A DNA stretch of 61,343 bases, taken from NCBI GenBank assembly GCA_039589315.1, contig JBDHHQ010000029.1, positions 1 through 61,343 of the forward strand, in the 5' to 3' direction. The DNA is from Gemmatimonadota bacterium (lineage in GTDB: Bacteria > Gemmatimonadota > Gemmatimonadetes > Longimicrobiales > Gaopeijiaceae). Each line of letters begins with the position of its first letter. Position 1 is the stretch's first letter. This document shows, piece by piece, positions 28,356 to 38,013 of the stretch. The notes below the pieces were generated by a model. That model was not told where the DNA came from, ran no database searches, and saw only the letters and a list, made by a program, of their open reading frames with translations. Made by a program: the position numbers and the translations under genes.

Positions 28356-30157
28356 GTCAGGGACCCGGCCTCCAGGCTCAGCACCGGTGTCTCACCGGCG
28401 TAGGTGATGAGCAGCTCCGACCTCAGCATGTCGAACGCCGCCGTAGGGCAGCGCTCGGCGCACAGGCCGCAGTGTACACAGACGTCTTCGTCCTTGATCA
28501 TGACCCGCTGGGTCTGGGGCAGCGCCGCGGACACGTACAGGTCCTGGTCCAGGTTGTCGGCCGGTGGGTCGAGGCGGACGCGCAGCTCTTCCTCGGTGCC
28601 GTCGGGGGTGATGGCGAGGCAATGGACCGGGCATACGTCGATGCAGGCGTCGCACTCGATGCACAGGTCGGCCGTGAAGTGGGTCTGGATGTCACAGTTG
28701 AGGCATCTCTCCACCTCGAGGGCGGTCTGCTCCGGTGAGAAGCCCAGCTCCACCTCGACGCTGAGCTTCTTGAACCGCTCCACCAGCTCTACGTGCTGCA
28801 TCTTGCTGCGGGCCGCCGGGTTGTACTCGTTGCTGTACGTCCACTCGTGCATCCCCATCTTCGCCGACGTGAGGTTCTGGCCCCACGGCGGCCGTTCCGT
28901 CAGGGAAACGCCCTGGCAGTAGTTGTGGATGGAGACGGCGGCCTGATGGCCGTGCTCGACGGCCCAGATGATGTTCTCGGGACCCCAGGCGGCGTCACCG
29001 CCGACGAAGACGCCGGGGAGGGTGGTCATGAAGGTGGTCCGGTCCACCACAGGCATGTCCCAGTCGTTGAACTCGATGCCGATGTCCCGCTCGATCCAAG
29101 GGAAGGCGGCGTCCTGGCCGATGGCCAGAACCACGTCGTCTGCAGGAATGAAGGTGGTGCCGTGGGATTCGCTGACCAACCGGCCGTCGGGGCCCGGGCT
29201 CCAGGTCACGAGGTCGAATTCCATGCCTTTGAGGCGGCCGTCTTCCACGACGAATCTCTGGGGAGCGTGGTTCTCCAGGATCTCCACCAGCTCCTCCTCC
29301 GCGTCCTCGAGCTCCCAGGGCGAGGCCTTGAAGTACTCCTTGGATTTGCGCGCCATGACCTTCACGCTCGTGGCCCCCATCCGCTGGGCGCTCCGGCAGC
29401 AGTCCATGGCCGTGTTGCCCACGCCGATGACCAGGAGGTTCTCGCCCACCGAGTCCACGTGCTCGAAGTGAATGGACTCGAGCCAGTCGATGCCGATGTG
29501 GACGTGTTCGGGGTCGTCCCAGCGGCCCTCCAACTCGAGCTCTTTGCCCCGGGGGGCGCCCGAGCCCACGAAGACGGCGTCGAAGCCCTCCTCCAACAGG
29601 GCCTGCATGCTCGTGATCTCGGCGTTGTAGCGGATCTCCACGCCCATGTTCAGGATCATGTCGATCTCGCCGTCCAGCACTTCGGCCGGAAGGCGGAACG
29701 CCGGGATGTTCGTGCGCATGAGGCCGCCCGGCTTGGGCAGCTTCTCGAAGATCACGCACTCGTATCCCAGAGGCATGAGGTCGTTGCACACCGTGAGCGA
29801 CGCGGGACCGGCTCCGACCAGGGCGATGCGCTTGCCGTTCTTCTCCTCGGGGATGGGCGGCAGGCGGTTCTCGGACGGGTCCCTCAGATCCGCGGCCACA
29901 CGCTTGAGGCGGCAGATTGCCACGGGCTTGCCGTCCACCCGGGTGCGGCGGCACACGGGCTCGCAGGGCCGGTCGCAGGTGCGGCCGAGGATGCCCGGGA
30001 AGACGTTCGATCTGCGGTTCAGCCAGTAGGAGTCGTCGTAGCGTCCCTGGGCGATGAGGCGAATGTACTCCGGTACATCCGTGTGCGCCGGACACCCCCA
30101 TTGGCAGTCCACGACCTTGTGGTAATACCGCGGATCGCTGACGTCCGTTGGCTTCAT
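28352..30157 (-). CDS. GltD-like FAD/NAD(P)-dependent Fe-S oxidoreductase with C-terminal ferredoxin (KorC-like)
   Basis: CQWGCP, CDRPCEPVC, GAGPA, GVGNTAMD, RCLNC, CIECDAC, CVHCGLC. Confidence 0.9.
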   Translation of the reverse strand: MKPTDVSDPRYYHKVVDCQWGCPAHTDVPEYIRLIAQGRYDDSYWLNRRSNVFPGILGRTCDRPCEPVCRRTRVDGKPVAICRLKRVAADLRDPSENRLPPIPEEKNGKRIALVGAGPASLTVCNDLMPLGYECVIFEKLPKPGGLMRTNIPAFRLPAEVLDGEIDMILNMGVEIRYNAEITSMQALLEEGFDAVFVGSGAPRGKELELEGRWDDPEHVHIGIDWLESIHFEHVDSVGENLLVIGVGNTAMDCCRSAQRMGATSVKVMARKSKEYFKASPWELEDAEEELVEILENHAPQRFVVEDGRLKGMEFDLVTWSPGPDGRLVSESHGTTFIPADDVVLAIGQDAAFPWIERDIGIEFNDWDMPVVDRTTFMTTLPGVFVGGDAAWGPENIIWAVEHGHQAAVSIHNYCQGVSLTERPPWGQNLTSAKMGMHEWTYSNEYNPAARSKMQHVELVERFKKLSVEVELGFSPEQTALEVERCLNCDIQTHFTADLCIECDACIDVCPVHCLAITPDGTEEELRVRLDPPADNLDQDLYVSAALPQTQRVMIKDEDVCVHCGLCAERCPTAAFDMLRSELLITYAGETPVLSLEAGSLT

Positions 30158-30479
30158 GCCGTCTTCCGTGTCGTTGGGGTGCCGTTCACGGCACGCCTTG
30201 CCCTGTGTACCCCGGGCGTCGCCGTCGGGTCATACCGCGTGGCGACGTGCGTGTGCCTCCCTGCGGACCCGGTACGCCGACGGGGGTCGAACAGTCCTGG
30301 GCCGGCCGCGTCCGCGGGAGGCACGATTCCCGGAAGGATACGGGCGTCGGGGGGTGTCAACAAGACGGCGGAGGCGGGAACCCACCCGGCTCCGGGGGGG
30401 GTACGGCGAGTGAAGGGAAGAGCGCTCCCGCGCGTACCCTGGGCGGCCCCACAAACCGAGCGAACAGCGGACGATTCCC

Positions 30480-31520
30480 ATGTTCTCCACCTGCATGTTC
30501 TGCAACCGATCCCTGGGTGAGAACCAGGCGGTGGAGACCTTCCCGGTGGGCCGCCGCCTCTCGTTCGACCCTGAGCGGGGTCGGCTCTGGGTCGTCTGCC
30601 GGAGGTGCGAGCGGTGGAACCTCTCTCCCATCGAGGAGCGGTGGGAGGCGATCGAAGACTGTGAACGGCTGTACGCGGGCACCCGACTGAGGGCCTCGAC
30701 CGCGCAGGTGGGCCTGGCGCGGCTGCCGGAGGGCCTCGAGCTCGTGCGTATCGGCAAGCCCCGCAGGGACGAGTTCGCGGCCTGGCGGTACGGCGACCAG
30801 TTCGGCCGGCGCCGCAAGCGCGCCATGCTCTACGGTGCCGGCGGCGTGGTGGTCGTGGGCGGCGTGCTCATCGGGGGCATCGCCACGGGTGCCATCAGCG
30901 CGGCGCTGCTCGGACAGTCGGGCAACTTCGTGAACCTCTGGGTCAACGGCCGCACACTGGCAACCGTGCGCGCCGACGACGGGCGCGTCCTCAAGCTCAA
31001 GCTTCCCGAGCTCCAGAAGACCCGTTTCGAGGTGGGCGAGGAGGACGACAGCTGGTCGCTGACCTTGCACAAAGGGAAGACGACCCACCGTTTCGAGGGG
31101 GCCGAGGCCCGCCGTCTCGTGGGGGTCGTCGTGCCGCGCATCAATCGGGCCGGTGCCAAGTCCTCCGTGGTCCAGGAGGCGGTCAGCCAGATCGAGGAGG
31201 TGGGTCACCCCGAGAGGTTCCTTCGGACCGCCTCCGATATGCGGGTGGCCGTCAGCCAGATGGGACCCAAGCGCCACCAGCGGGAGGCCGGCCTGATCGC
31301 CAAGCTTCCCCAACCCACGCGGCTGGCCATCGAGATGGCCCTCCACGAGGAGCAGGAACGCCGGGCGCTCCACGGTGAGCTGAAGGCCCTCGAAGCACGG
31401 TGGCGGGAGGCCGAGGAGATCGCCGCCATCTCCGACGAGCTACTCTTGCCAGAGGGAGCACAGGAGAAGCTGGACGCCTGGCGGGCTGAGGCGTCGCCCA
31501 AGGCAGAAGCCGGTCAGTGA
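30480..31520 (+). CDS. Hypothetical protein with N-terminal zinc ribbon
   Basis: CMFC and CRRC pairs, central hydrophobic segment, coiled-coil-like C-terminus. Confidence 0.8.
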   Translation: MFSTCMFCNRSLGENQAVETFPVGRRLSFDPERGRLWVVCRRCERWNLSPIEERWEAIEDCERLYAGTRLRASTAQVGLARLPEGLELVRIGKPRRDEFAAWRYGDQFGRRRKRAMLYGAGGVVVVGGVLIGGIATGAISAALLGQSGNFVNLWVNGRTLATVRADDGRVLKLKLPELQKTRFEVGEEDDSWSLTLHKGKTTHRFEGAEARRLVGVVVPRINRAGAKSSVVQEAVSQIEEVGHPERFLRTASDMRVAVSQMGPKRHQREAGLIAKLPQPTRLAIEMALHEEQERRALHGELKALEARWREAEEIAAISDELLLPEGAQEKLDAWRAEASPKAEAGQ

Positions 31521-31604
31521 GGGACTGACGGCGCGTCCCGTGGGGGGAGGCCCTCCTCATTCTTACAACATCGCCAACCGCCTGCAAGATGGGCGTGAGA
31601 CGGC

Positions 31605-33358
31605 TCAGGCGCGCGGTTCGTGGACGTGGGGAGTCTCCAGGGATTCCCTCAGCGTGGGCGGGCCGTCGAGGATGCGACGGATTCGCCTGACCAGAGCGTC
31701 CGGGTGGAACGGCTTTCGCAGTAGCTCGGTGGACGCCGCCAACACGCCCTGCTGTGTGAGATGCGTTCCGGTGTAGCCGGACATGAACAGCACGTTGAGC
31801 TCGGGTCTGAGGCCCTGAAGCTCTACGGCGAGCTCAGGCCCGCTCTTTCCGGGCATCACGACGTCGGACAGGAGGAGATCGATCTCGGGACCATCCGGTC
31901 CGTCGAAGATCCTGCGGGCCTCATCTGCCGCCTGTGCCTCCAACACGCGGTAGCCCTGCCGTTCTAGGACCCTGCGGGCAAGGGCTCTCACCATGGCTTC
32001 GTCCTCGACGAGCAGGATGGTCTCCTCTCCCACCGTGGCGCGCGGCGTCGTGGGGGCGTCTGCCTCGGGTCGGAGGCGGACCACGGGTAACCGAATCGAG
32101 AACGTCGTTCCTCGGTCCGGTTGGCTGCGGACCTCCACCGAGCCGCCGGCCCCTTGGACGATCCCGTAGACGGTAGCCAACCCCAGACCCGTCCCCTCTT
32201 CCTTGGTCGTGAAGAAGGGCTCGAAGATGCGCTGCTGGGTGTCCGGGTCCATCCCCTCGCCCTTGTCGGCGACTTCCAGCAGCGCTGCGGCCTCTTCGCC
32301 GAGGCTGCTTGCACGGGTCCGCAGGCACAGTCTGCCGCCCGACGGCATGGCCTCCCGGGCATTGACCACCAGGTTCATGATGAGTTGCTCGAGTTGTCCC
32401 CGGTCCGCTCGGATCAGACCCACGCGAGGGTGTCGGACGTGCGGAAGGCCATCTCCTCGTCCCGTACGGTCTCCTCGCCTCGGAGGCTGACGAGGCCCTC
32501 TCCGGCGTGCGACCCATCCTCCGCGAGAACCAGGATGGACTGGCCCAGAAGCTCGGTGCGCGTGCGCCCGAGAGTCTTCTCGGTGGCCTCGTTCACCACG
32601 CGGATGTAGCCCGATCCGTCACACACGATGAGGAGATCGCCCATGGTGCGCGTGATCTCCTCGGCTGCGAAGGACGGCGTGTACTCCGCGACGCGGTGGT
32701 GACGGATCACGAGGAGCACAATGGCCAGGCACGCCGTGACCGCCAGGTAGCCGCTCGGTGGAACGTCCACCCCGAAGCTCGGGAGAAAGTCCAACAGCGC
32801 CGCTGAGGCCAGGCCGGAGGCCAACAGGAGCCAGCGTGCTCGCACCCGAAACCCAGGTGAGTCCGAGTGGCCGTGCGCCAGCAAGAACTCCACCACGGTG
32901 AGCGTCACCACTCCCGACGTGAATATCAGGAAGGGGACCGAGCGGACGTCGAAGGCAGGGTAGAAGCCCCAGGCGTACTCCCGCACGCCCGTAACGAGCT
33001 GATCGGTGGACTGCGCCCACACGCAGGACGCGGCGCCGAGAAGCCACGTGGCCGTGATCACCGAGCGCCGTCGATCCTGGATGCCGAGGACCGCGCACGC
33101 CAGGAGGTACACGGCCGGCGGAATGAACGGCACGCCGAAGTAGCCCACCTTGGCCCAGCGCAGTGCCTCGCCCGCCGTCTCCCCGTCGAGCATGTACGAG
33201 AAGGGAACGAGCCACATGGCCGCGGCCAGCCCCGCGAGCGCGGAGGCGACGCCCAGCCGTGTGTGTCCGTACCGCACGTACGCGAACACGGCCAGCAAGA
33301 CGCCCGCGACGCCCGTGGCCAGAAAGCCGCTGCTACCCAGGAACGGCAGGTGTTCTAT
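31605..33358 (-). pseudogene. Hybrid sensor kinase (7TM-PAS-[HisKA missing]-HATPase-REC), internally deleted and frameshifted
   Basis: 5' part has 7TM and partial PAS; 3' frame has QLIMNLVVNA, DKGEG, FFTTK, GTGLGL and REC (VEDE, DVVMP, KPF); no H-box; junction ~32431. Confidence 0.8.
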
Positions 33359-33804
33359 GGAGTCCCCCTGTCGGTGGTCGGTCGGCGCGCCACCCGAAAA
33401 CCGGGGCGGCTGGTCCGGACGCGGTCCCGTCTTCGGTATCGACGTTCGGACCCCGCGAGCTTAGAGCCAAACGGCCATCCTACGGTGCCTCCGTCAGGCC
33501 ACGGCGGGACTCGGTCACTCGCACACGCGTCCACGTTGCCCGCGTGCCACGGCGTCCTGTCCGTCGCGCGTCGGCAGCGTACTTTCGAACGCATGATGAT
33601 CGGACTCTCGGCGCACTCGTCAGAAGCCCGGGTGGCCCCGCGTTTCAGGGCCAGGAGGTGCGGAGCGCACGTCGTCGGAGGGCGGCGGAGCTCCGTGGGG
33701 CGTTTGCCATCCGATCGCGACGAAGAGGGCCGGTGGACATCGCACTCGAACGACCCGGACTCATCAGACGCTCCCCGGTCCGGCGCGCGGCGCCGGAGGC
33801 GGGT

Positions 33805-34335
33805 GTGAGCGCTCTGGATCCGGACCGGCTCTACCGGGAGCATGGCGAGCGGCTCTTTCGGTATCTGGTGCGCCTTTCGGGAGACCCCGATTTGGCCGCG
33901 GACGTTCTCCAGGACACCTTCCTGCGCCTCGTCGAGCGGCCGCCTCGGCGGCACGACCATCTCAAGGCCTGGCTGTTTCAGGTCGCCACGAACCGTCTTC
34001 GCGATCTCCGCAGGAAGAGCGCCCGACGGAGCGGCCTGCTTCACGAAGGGGTCGGGCGCGGCGCGTTGGCCGATCCACCGCCCCTGCCGGATCGGGCGGT
34101 GGAGCGGGCCGAGTCGCAGAGCATCGTCCGCCGGGCACTCGGCGCGCTTCCGGAGCGCGATCAGGCGATCCTGCTGATGCGTGAAGAAGGGTTCGCGCAT
34201 CGCGAGATCGCCGAAGCGGTGGGCACGACCACCGGATCGGTCGGCACGCTCATCGCTCGGGCCCTGGACAAGCTGGCCAGGGCCCTCGAGGGCATGACCG
34301 ACGCCACGAGCCCGGAGGAGGCCGGCACCTCATGA
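33805..34335 (+). CDS. ECF sigma factor
   Basis: AADVLQDTF, WLFQVATN, REIAEAVG; GGAGG RBS before GTG. Confidence 0.9.
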   Translation: MSALDPDRLYREHGERLFRYLVRLSGDPDLAADVLQDTFLRLVERPPRRHDHLKAWLFQVATNRLRDLRRKSARRSGLLHEGVGRGALADPPPLPDRAVERAESQSIVRRALGALPERDQAILLMREEGFAHREIAEAVGTTTGSVGTLIARALDKLARALEGMTDATSPEEAGTS

Positions 34336-35093
34336 AGGACGACACCGGGCAGAGCACCCCGTCGTTGCTCGACGGCCGCCTCGTCCGTCTGCTCGACGGC
34401 GAAGTGTCGGCGGAGGAGCGTGCCGAGCTGCTGGAGCTGTTGGAGTCGTCGCCGGAGGCCCGGGCCCGGTACGACGAGCTGCGAGCCGTGTCGTCACGCT
34501 TGAGCCACCTGCTGGAGCAGGAGGCCACGCCGCCGGTGCCCGACCTGGCGCCACCCCAGCGGTCCGTCGTCCGGGGGCGTCGCTCGGGGGCACGGGTGTG
34601 GCTGCAGCTCGCGGCCGGCGTCGTGCTGCTGCTCGCCGTGGGCCTGACGGTCGAGCCGGTGCGGGCTTGGCTCACCACGGGCGTCCAACGGGTCGTCGAG
34701 CTCTTCGCGCCCCAGGAGTCCGACCCCGCCGCGGAGGATTTGGTGACGCCGGAGCAGGGGACCGAGTCGCCGTCCACGGTGCGCTTCCTACCAGCGGACC
34801 CCGTGTTCGCGGTCGAGGTCCGGTCCCCTCAGCCGGACGGGGTGCTCATCGTGGAGTCGGTGTCCGACGGCGGGGAGGTAACGGCTTCCGTCGTGGCGGG
34901 CGCGGGGGAGACCCTCGTGGTGCTGCCGAGCGGGCTCGGGATCACCAACACCGCCGAGTCCACGGCGGACTACCGCGTCTCGGTGCCGTCCCGGCTCACG
35001 AGCGTCGAGGTGCGCATCGACGGCGTCGTCGTGGCGACGTTGTCGCCGGGGGACCCGCCCGGACGCTGGGAGATACCGCTCGACCGGCCGTGA
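34332..35093 (+). CDS. Membrane anti-sigma factor
   Basis: ATGA overlap with the sigma gene; LLDGEVS N-terminal domain without Zn ligands, one TM helix, extracytoplasmic domain. Confidence 0.75.
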   Translation: MKDDTGQSTPSLLDGRLVRLLDGEVSAEERAELLELLESSPEARARYDELRAVSSRLSHLLEQEATPPVPDLAPPQRSVVRGRRSGARVWLQLAAGVVLLLAVGLTVEPVRAWLTTGVQRVVELFAPQESDPAAEDLVTPEQGTESPSTVRFLPADPVFAVEVRSPQPDGVLIVESVSDGGEVTASVVAGAGETLVVLPSGLGITNTAESTADYRVSVPSRLTSVEVRIDGVVVATLSPGDPPGRWEIPLDRP

Positions 35094-36320
35094 TCACTCG
35101 TTCACGGCGGCCAGCACGCGCTCGAGGAAGCCATTCACGTACTCACCGCCGTCGATCCAACGGGTGACCGTGACGATGTCATGCTCCGGATCCACGAAGA
35201 TCACGTTCGTCGACCCGGCCCCCAGGGCGAAGAAACTCGTCGCTGGTGCCGCCGGGAAGATGCGCGCAGCCCCCTCGGTGCACCCCACCGCCGTCGACAT
35301 GCCGCACTCCGCTCCGTTCAACCACCACATGAACCCGTAGTTGGGCTGCACGGCCGAAGGGGAGGAGGCCTGGGCGACCCATGCCTCCGACAGGATGCGC
35401 CGGTCGCCCCACGCACCGCGGCGTAGCAGGAGCAGGCCGAACCTGGCGTGGTCCCGCGTGCTGATGATGAACCCGCCCCCCCAGTGACCCCCGCCGCTGA
35501 CCGACTGCACCCTCAGACCGTCCACGACGGTCCACGACGTCTCGTAGCCGTGCCACCGCCAGGTGGTCGACGCCCCGATGGGATCCATCACCTCGTCCTT
35601 GAGCACCCGGGGGAGGGGGCGGCGCCAGACGTGGACGAGGGCGTAGGCCAGCAGGTTCACGCGCACGTCGTTGTACTCCCAAAACGTCCCGGGTGGGTTG
35701 AGCGTGCGATCCACGCCCCGGCGGCGGTCGGCCTGGTCGGGCTTCCCCCAGAGGGTGCCTTCCCATTCGCTCGTCTGGGTCAGGAGGTGGCGCCACGTGA
35801 TGTCACGGTTCTGAGCCGAGGTGAAGGTGGCGTCCGGCACGAAGTCCACGACACGGGCGTCGAGGTCGGGGATGAGGCCCCGGTCGTGGGCGAGTCCCGC
35901 CACGGTGGACAGGTAGCTCTTGGTCACCGAGAAGGTCATGTCGGGCCGGTGCGTCTCTCCCCACTCGGCGACGATGTAACCGCCCTTGAGAACGATGCCG
36001 TTGACGCCCCCGCGCTCCCGGGTGGGACCCACGATCTCCTGGTGGGGCTGTCCCTCGAACCGGTCCCGGAGGTAGAGTCCCGGGTCCCGGGGCATGGACG
36101 TCTCGTGCGCGTTGGCGAAGTCGATGGCCGCCTGAAGGCGGGCCGGGTCCATGCCCAGCTCCTCCGGCCGTCTCGCTTCCCAAGCGTCTCCGGAGCCCGG
36201 CACGTACGCCGTGCCCTGATCGGATGCCTGGCCGTCGGGCGTGGCTCTGGTGTCGGTGACCGTACAACCCCAACTCGACGCGGCCAGGGTCAGCACTACG
36301 GAGGTCACGATGCGGTTCAT
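35094..36320 (-). CDS. Serine hydrolase (beta-lactamase/AmpC-like), probable lipoprotein
   Basis: FSVTKS (SxxK), WEYND, ARFGLL; lipobox-like SWGC. Confidence 0.85.
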   Translation of the reverse strand: MNRIVTSVVLTLAASSWGCTVTDTRATPDGQASDQGTAYVPGSGDAWEARRPEELGMDPARLQAAIDFANAHETSMPRDPGLYLRDRFEGQPHQEIVGPTRERGGVNGIVLKGGYIVAEWGETHRPDMTFSVTKSYLSTVAGLAHDRGLIPDLDARVVDFVPDATFTSAQNRDITWRHLLTQTSEWEGTLWGKPDQADRRRGVDRTLNPPGTFWEYNDVRVNLLAYALVHVWRRPLPRVLKDEVMDPIGASTTWRWHGYETSWTVVDGLRVQSVSGGGHWGGGFIISTRDHARFGLLLLRRGAWGDRRILSEAWVAQASSPSAVQPNYGFMWWLNGAECGMSTAVGCTEGAARIFPAAPATSFFALGAGSTNVIFVDPEHDIVTVTRWIDGGEYVNGFLERVLAAVNE

Positions 36321-36613
36321 GGGTGGGCTCCAGGGTCGCGAGACCTTCCGGGGTCGCTGTGCTCTCGAGGATCGCGGCACGACGATGTCCGAGCTCCGTC
36401 TGCGCGGGTCCCGGGACAGGTCGCTGCTCGGATGATGCGTCACCGACGCCGATCGTGCACCCCACCGCCGGTCCGCGCCCCCACCCGGTGACTCCATCGA
36501 TCCGGGGCGGGTGGTTGACCACGACGCCCGCGGAGCCCCTTATCGTGCAGAAAGCAGATCTCCGGCAGGGCCGTCGAATGCCCATGCCCACGCCCGCACC
36601 CGGATGGACTGGA

Positions 36614-37930
36614 ATGGACCGCGCACAACGACTCCTCATCGCCGCTACCGTGGCACTCACGGCTTGGCTGTCCCCGGACAGCGCTCTCGCCCAGGGTGCC
36701 GACCCGTCCGCGACGTCAGGCACAGATTCGTTGCAGGAGCGTGTCCAGGCTGCCTACTTCCCGGCCCGGCGGCAGTGGGAGCGCCGATCGCCCGGTGAGG
36801 TCGGGATGAACGCCACCCAACTGCAGGCGGCCATGGAGTTCGCCATCGCGGCCGAAAGCGCGACGCCCCGGGACCTCGCAGTGGCCCACCCGCTGAGCTG
36901 GGGGCGTGAGCCCTTCGACGAGCCGATCGGGCCCTTGAAGGAACGGGGAGACATGACCGGCGTGATCGTCCGAAACGGGTACATCGTGGCGGAATGGGGA
37001 GAGCCGCATCGGGTGGACATGACCTTCAGCGTCACCAAGACGTTCCTGTCAACCACGGTGGGGCTCGCGTGGGAACGGGATCTGATCGGTGACGTCGAGG
37101 ATCCGGTGCGGCACTACCTGCCCCCACTTGTCCTGCCCGACGGAGACGGTGAGCCGGAGAGCGCCTCGGTGGACGCCGGCGCCTCGACCGCGCCCGTGCT
37201 GTTGTTCGAGTCCGAGCACAACCGGCAGATCACCTGGGACCACCTTCTTCGGCAGACCAGCGCCTGGCGCGGCACGTTGTGGGGCAAGCCCGACTGGGGC
37301 GATCGCCCCTCCCAGGATCGAGGCGAGTGGCTGAGCCCCGAACGGGCGGTGCCCGGGAGCGAGTACGAGTACAACGACGTGCGCGTCAACCTCCTGGCGC
37401 TCGCGGCCACCAGCGTGTGGCGGCGGCCGCTTCCCGAGGTGCTGGCCGAGCTGGTCATGGACCCCATCGGCGCATCGACCACGTGGCGGTGGCACGGCTA
37501 TCACAACTCCTGGGTCACCCTGGACGGCCGCAAGATCCAGGCGGTGAGCGGCGGTGGGCATTGGGGCGGTGGCATGTACGTCAACGCCATGGACATGGCG
37601 CGGTTCGGCTACCTGTTCCTGCGCCAGGGGAGCTGGGAAGGACGCCAGATCGTGCCGGAGGCCTGGATCCGCATGGCCGAGACGCCGTCGCAGCCGAATC
37701 CGGGGTACGGGTTCATGAACTTCTTCCTGAACACCGGCCGGCAAGCGCTCCCCAGCGCGCCCGAGTCGGCCTTCGCGTTCCGGGGATCGGGAACCAACCT
37801 GGTATATGTCGATCGAGAGAACGACCTGGTGGTCGTGGCCCGTTGGATTCAGGGGGGCGAGATCGATGGCTTCATCGGACGGGTGCTGGACTCCATCGAG
37901 TCGGCGGCGACGGAGACGCAGTACCCGTAG
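36614..37930 (+). CDS. Serine hydrolase (beta-lactamase/AmpC-like), secreted
   Basis: FSVTKT (SxxK), YEYND, ARFGYL; signal peptide ending ALA-Q; start uncertain (36578 possible). Confidence 0.85.
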   Translation: MDRAQRLLIAATVALTAWLSPDSALAQGADPSATSGTDSLQERVQAAYFPARRQWERRSPGEVGMNATQLQAAMEFAIAAESATPRDLAVAHPLSWGREPFDEPIGPLKERGDMTGVIVRNGYIVAEWGEPHRVDMTFSVTKTFLSTTVGLAWERDLIGDVEDPVRHYLPPLVLPDGDGEPESASVDAGASTAPVLLFESEHNRQITWDHLLRQTSAWRGTLWGKPDWGDRPSQDRGEWLSPERAVPGSEYEYNDVRVNLLALAATSVWRRPLPEVLAELVMDPIGASTTWRWHGYHNSWVTLDGRKIQAVSGGGHWGGGMYVNAMDMARFGYLFLRQGSWEGRQIVPEAWIRMAETPSQPNPGYGFMNFFLNTGRQALPSAPESAFAFRGSGTNLVYVDRENDLVVVARWIQGGEIDGFIGRVLDSIESAATETQYP

Positions 37931-38013
37931 CCGGGGACTCGCGGGTCCCATGCCCCTCGCCCTCCTGCTCGGGCGGCCCAGGTCGGCGGGCCCGGCGGTG
38001 ATCTCCCGGTCCC

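Noticed and set aside
26565..30520. Long plus-strand ORFs (612 aa and 575 aa) opposite the kor genes, and similar long antisense ORFs elsewhere
   Set aside because: Typical high-GC antisense shadows of well-supported genes, with no motifs
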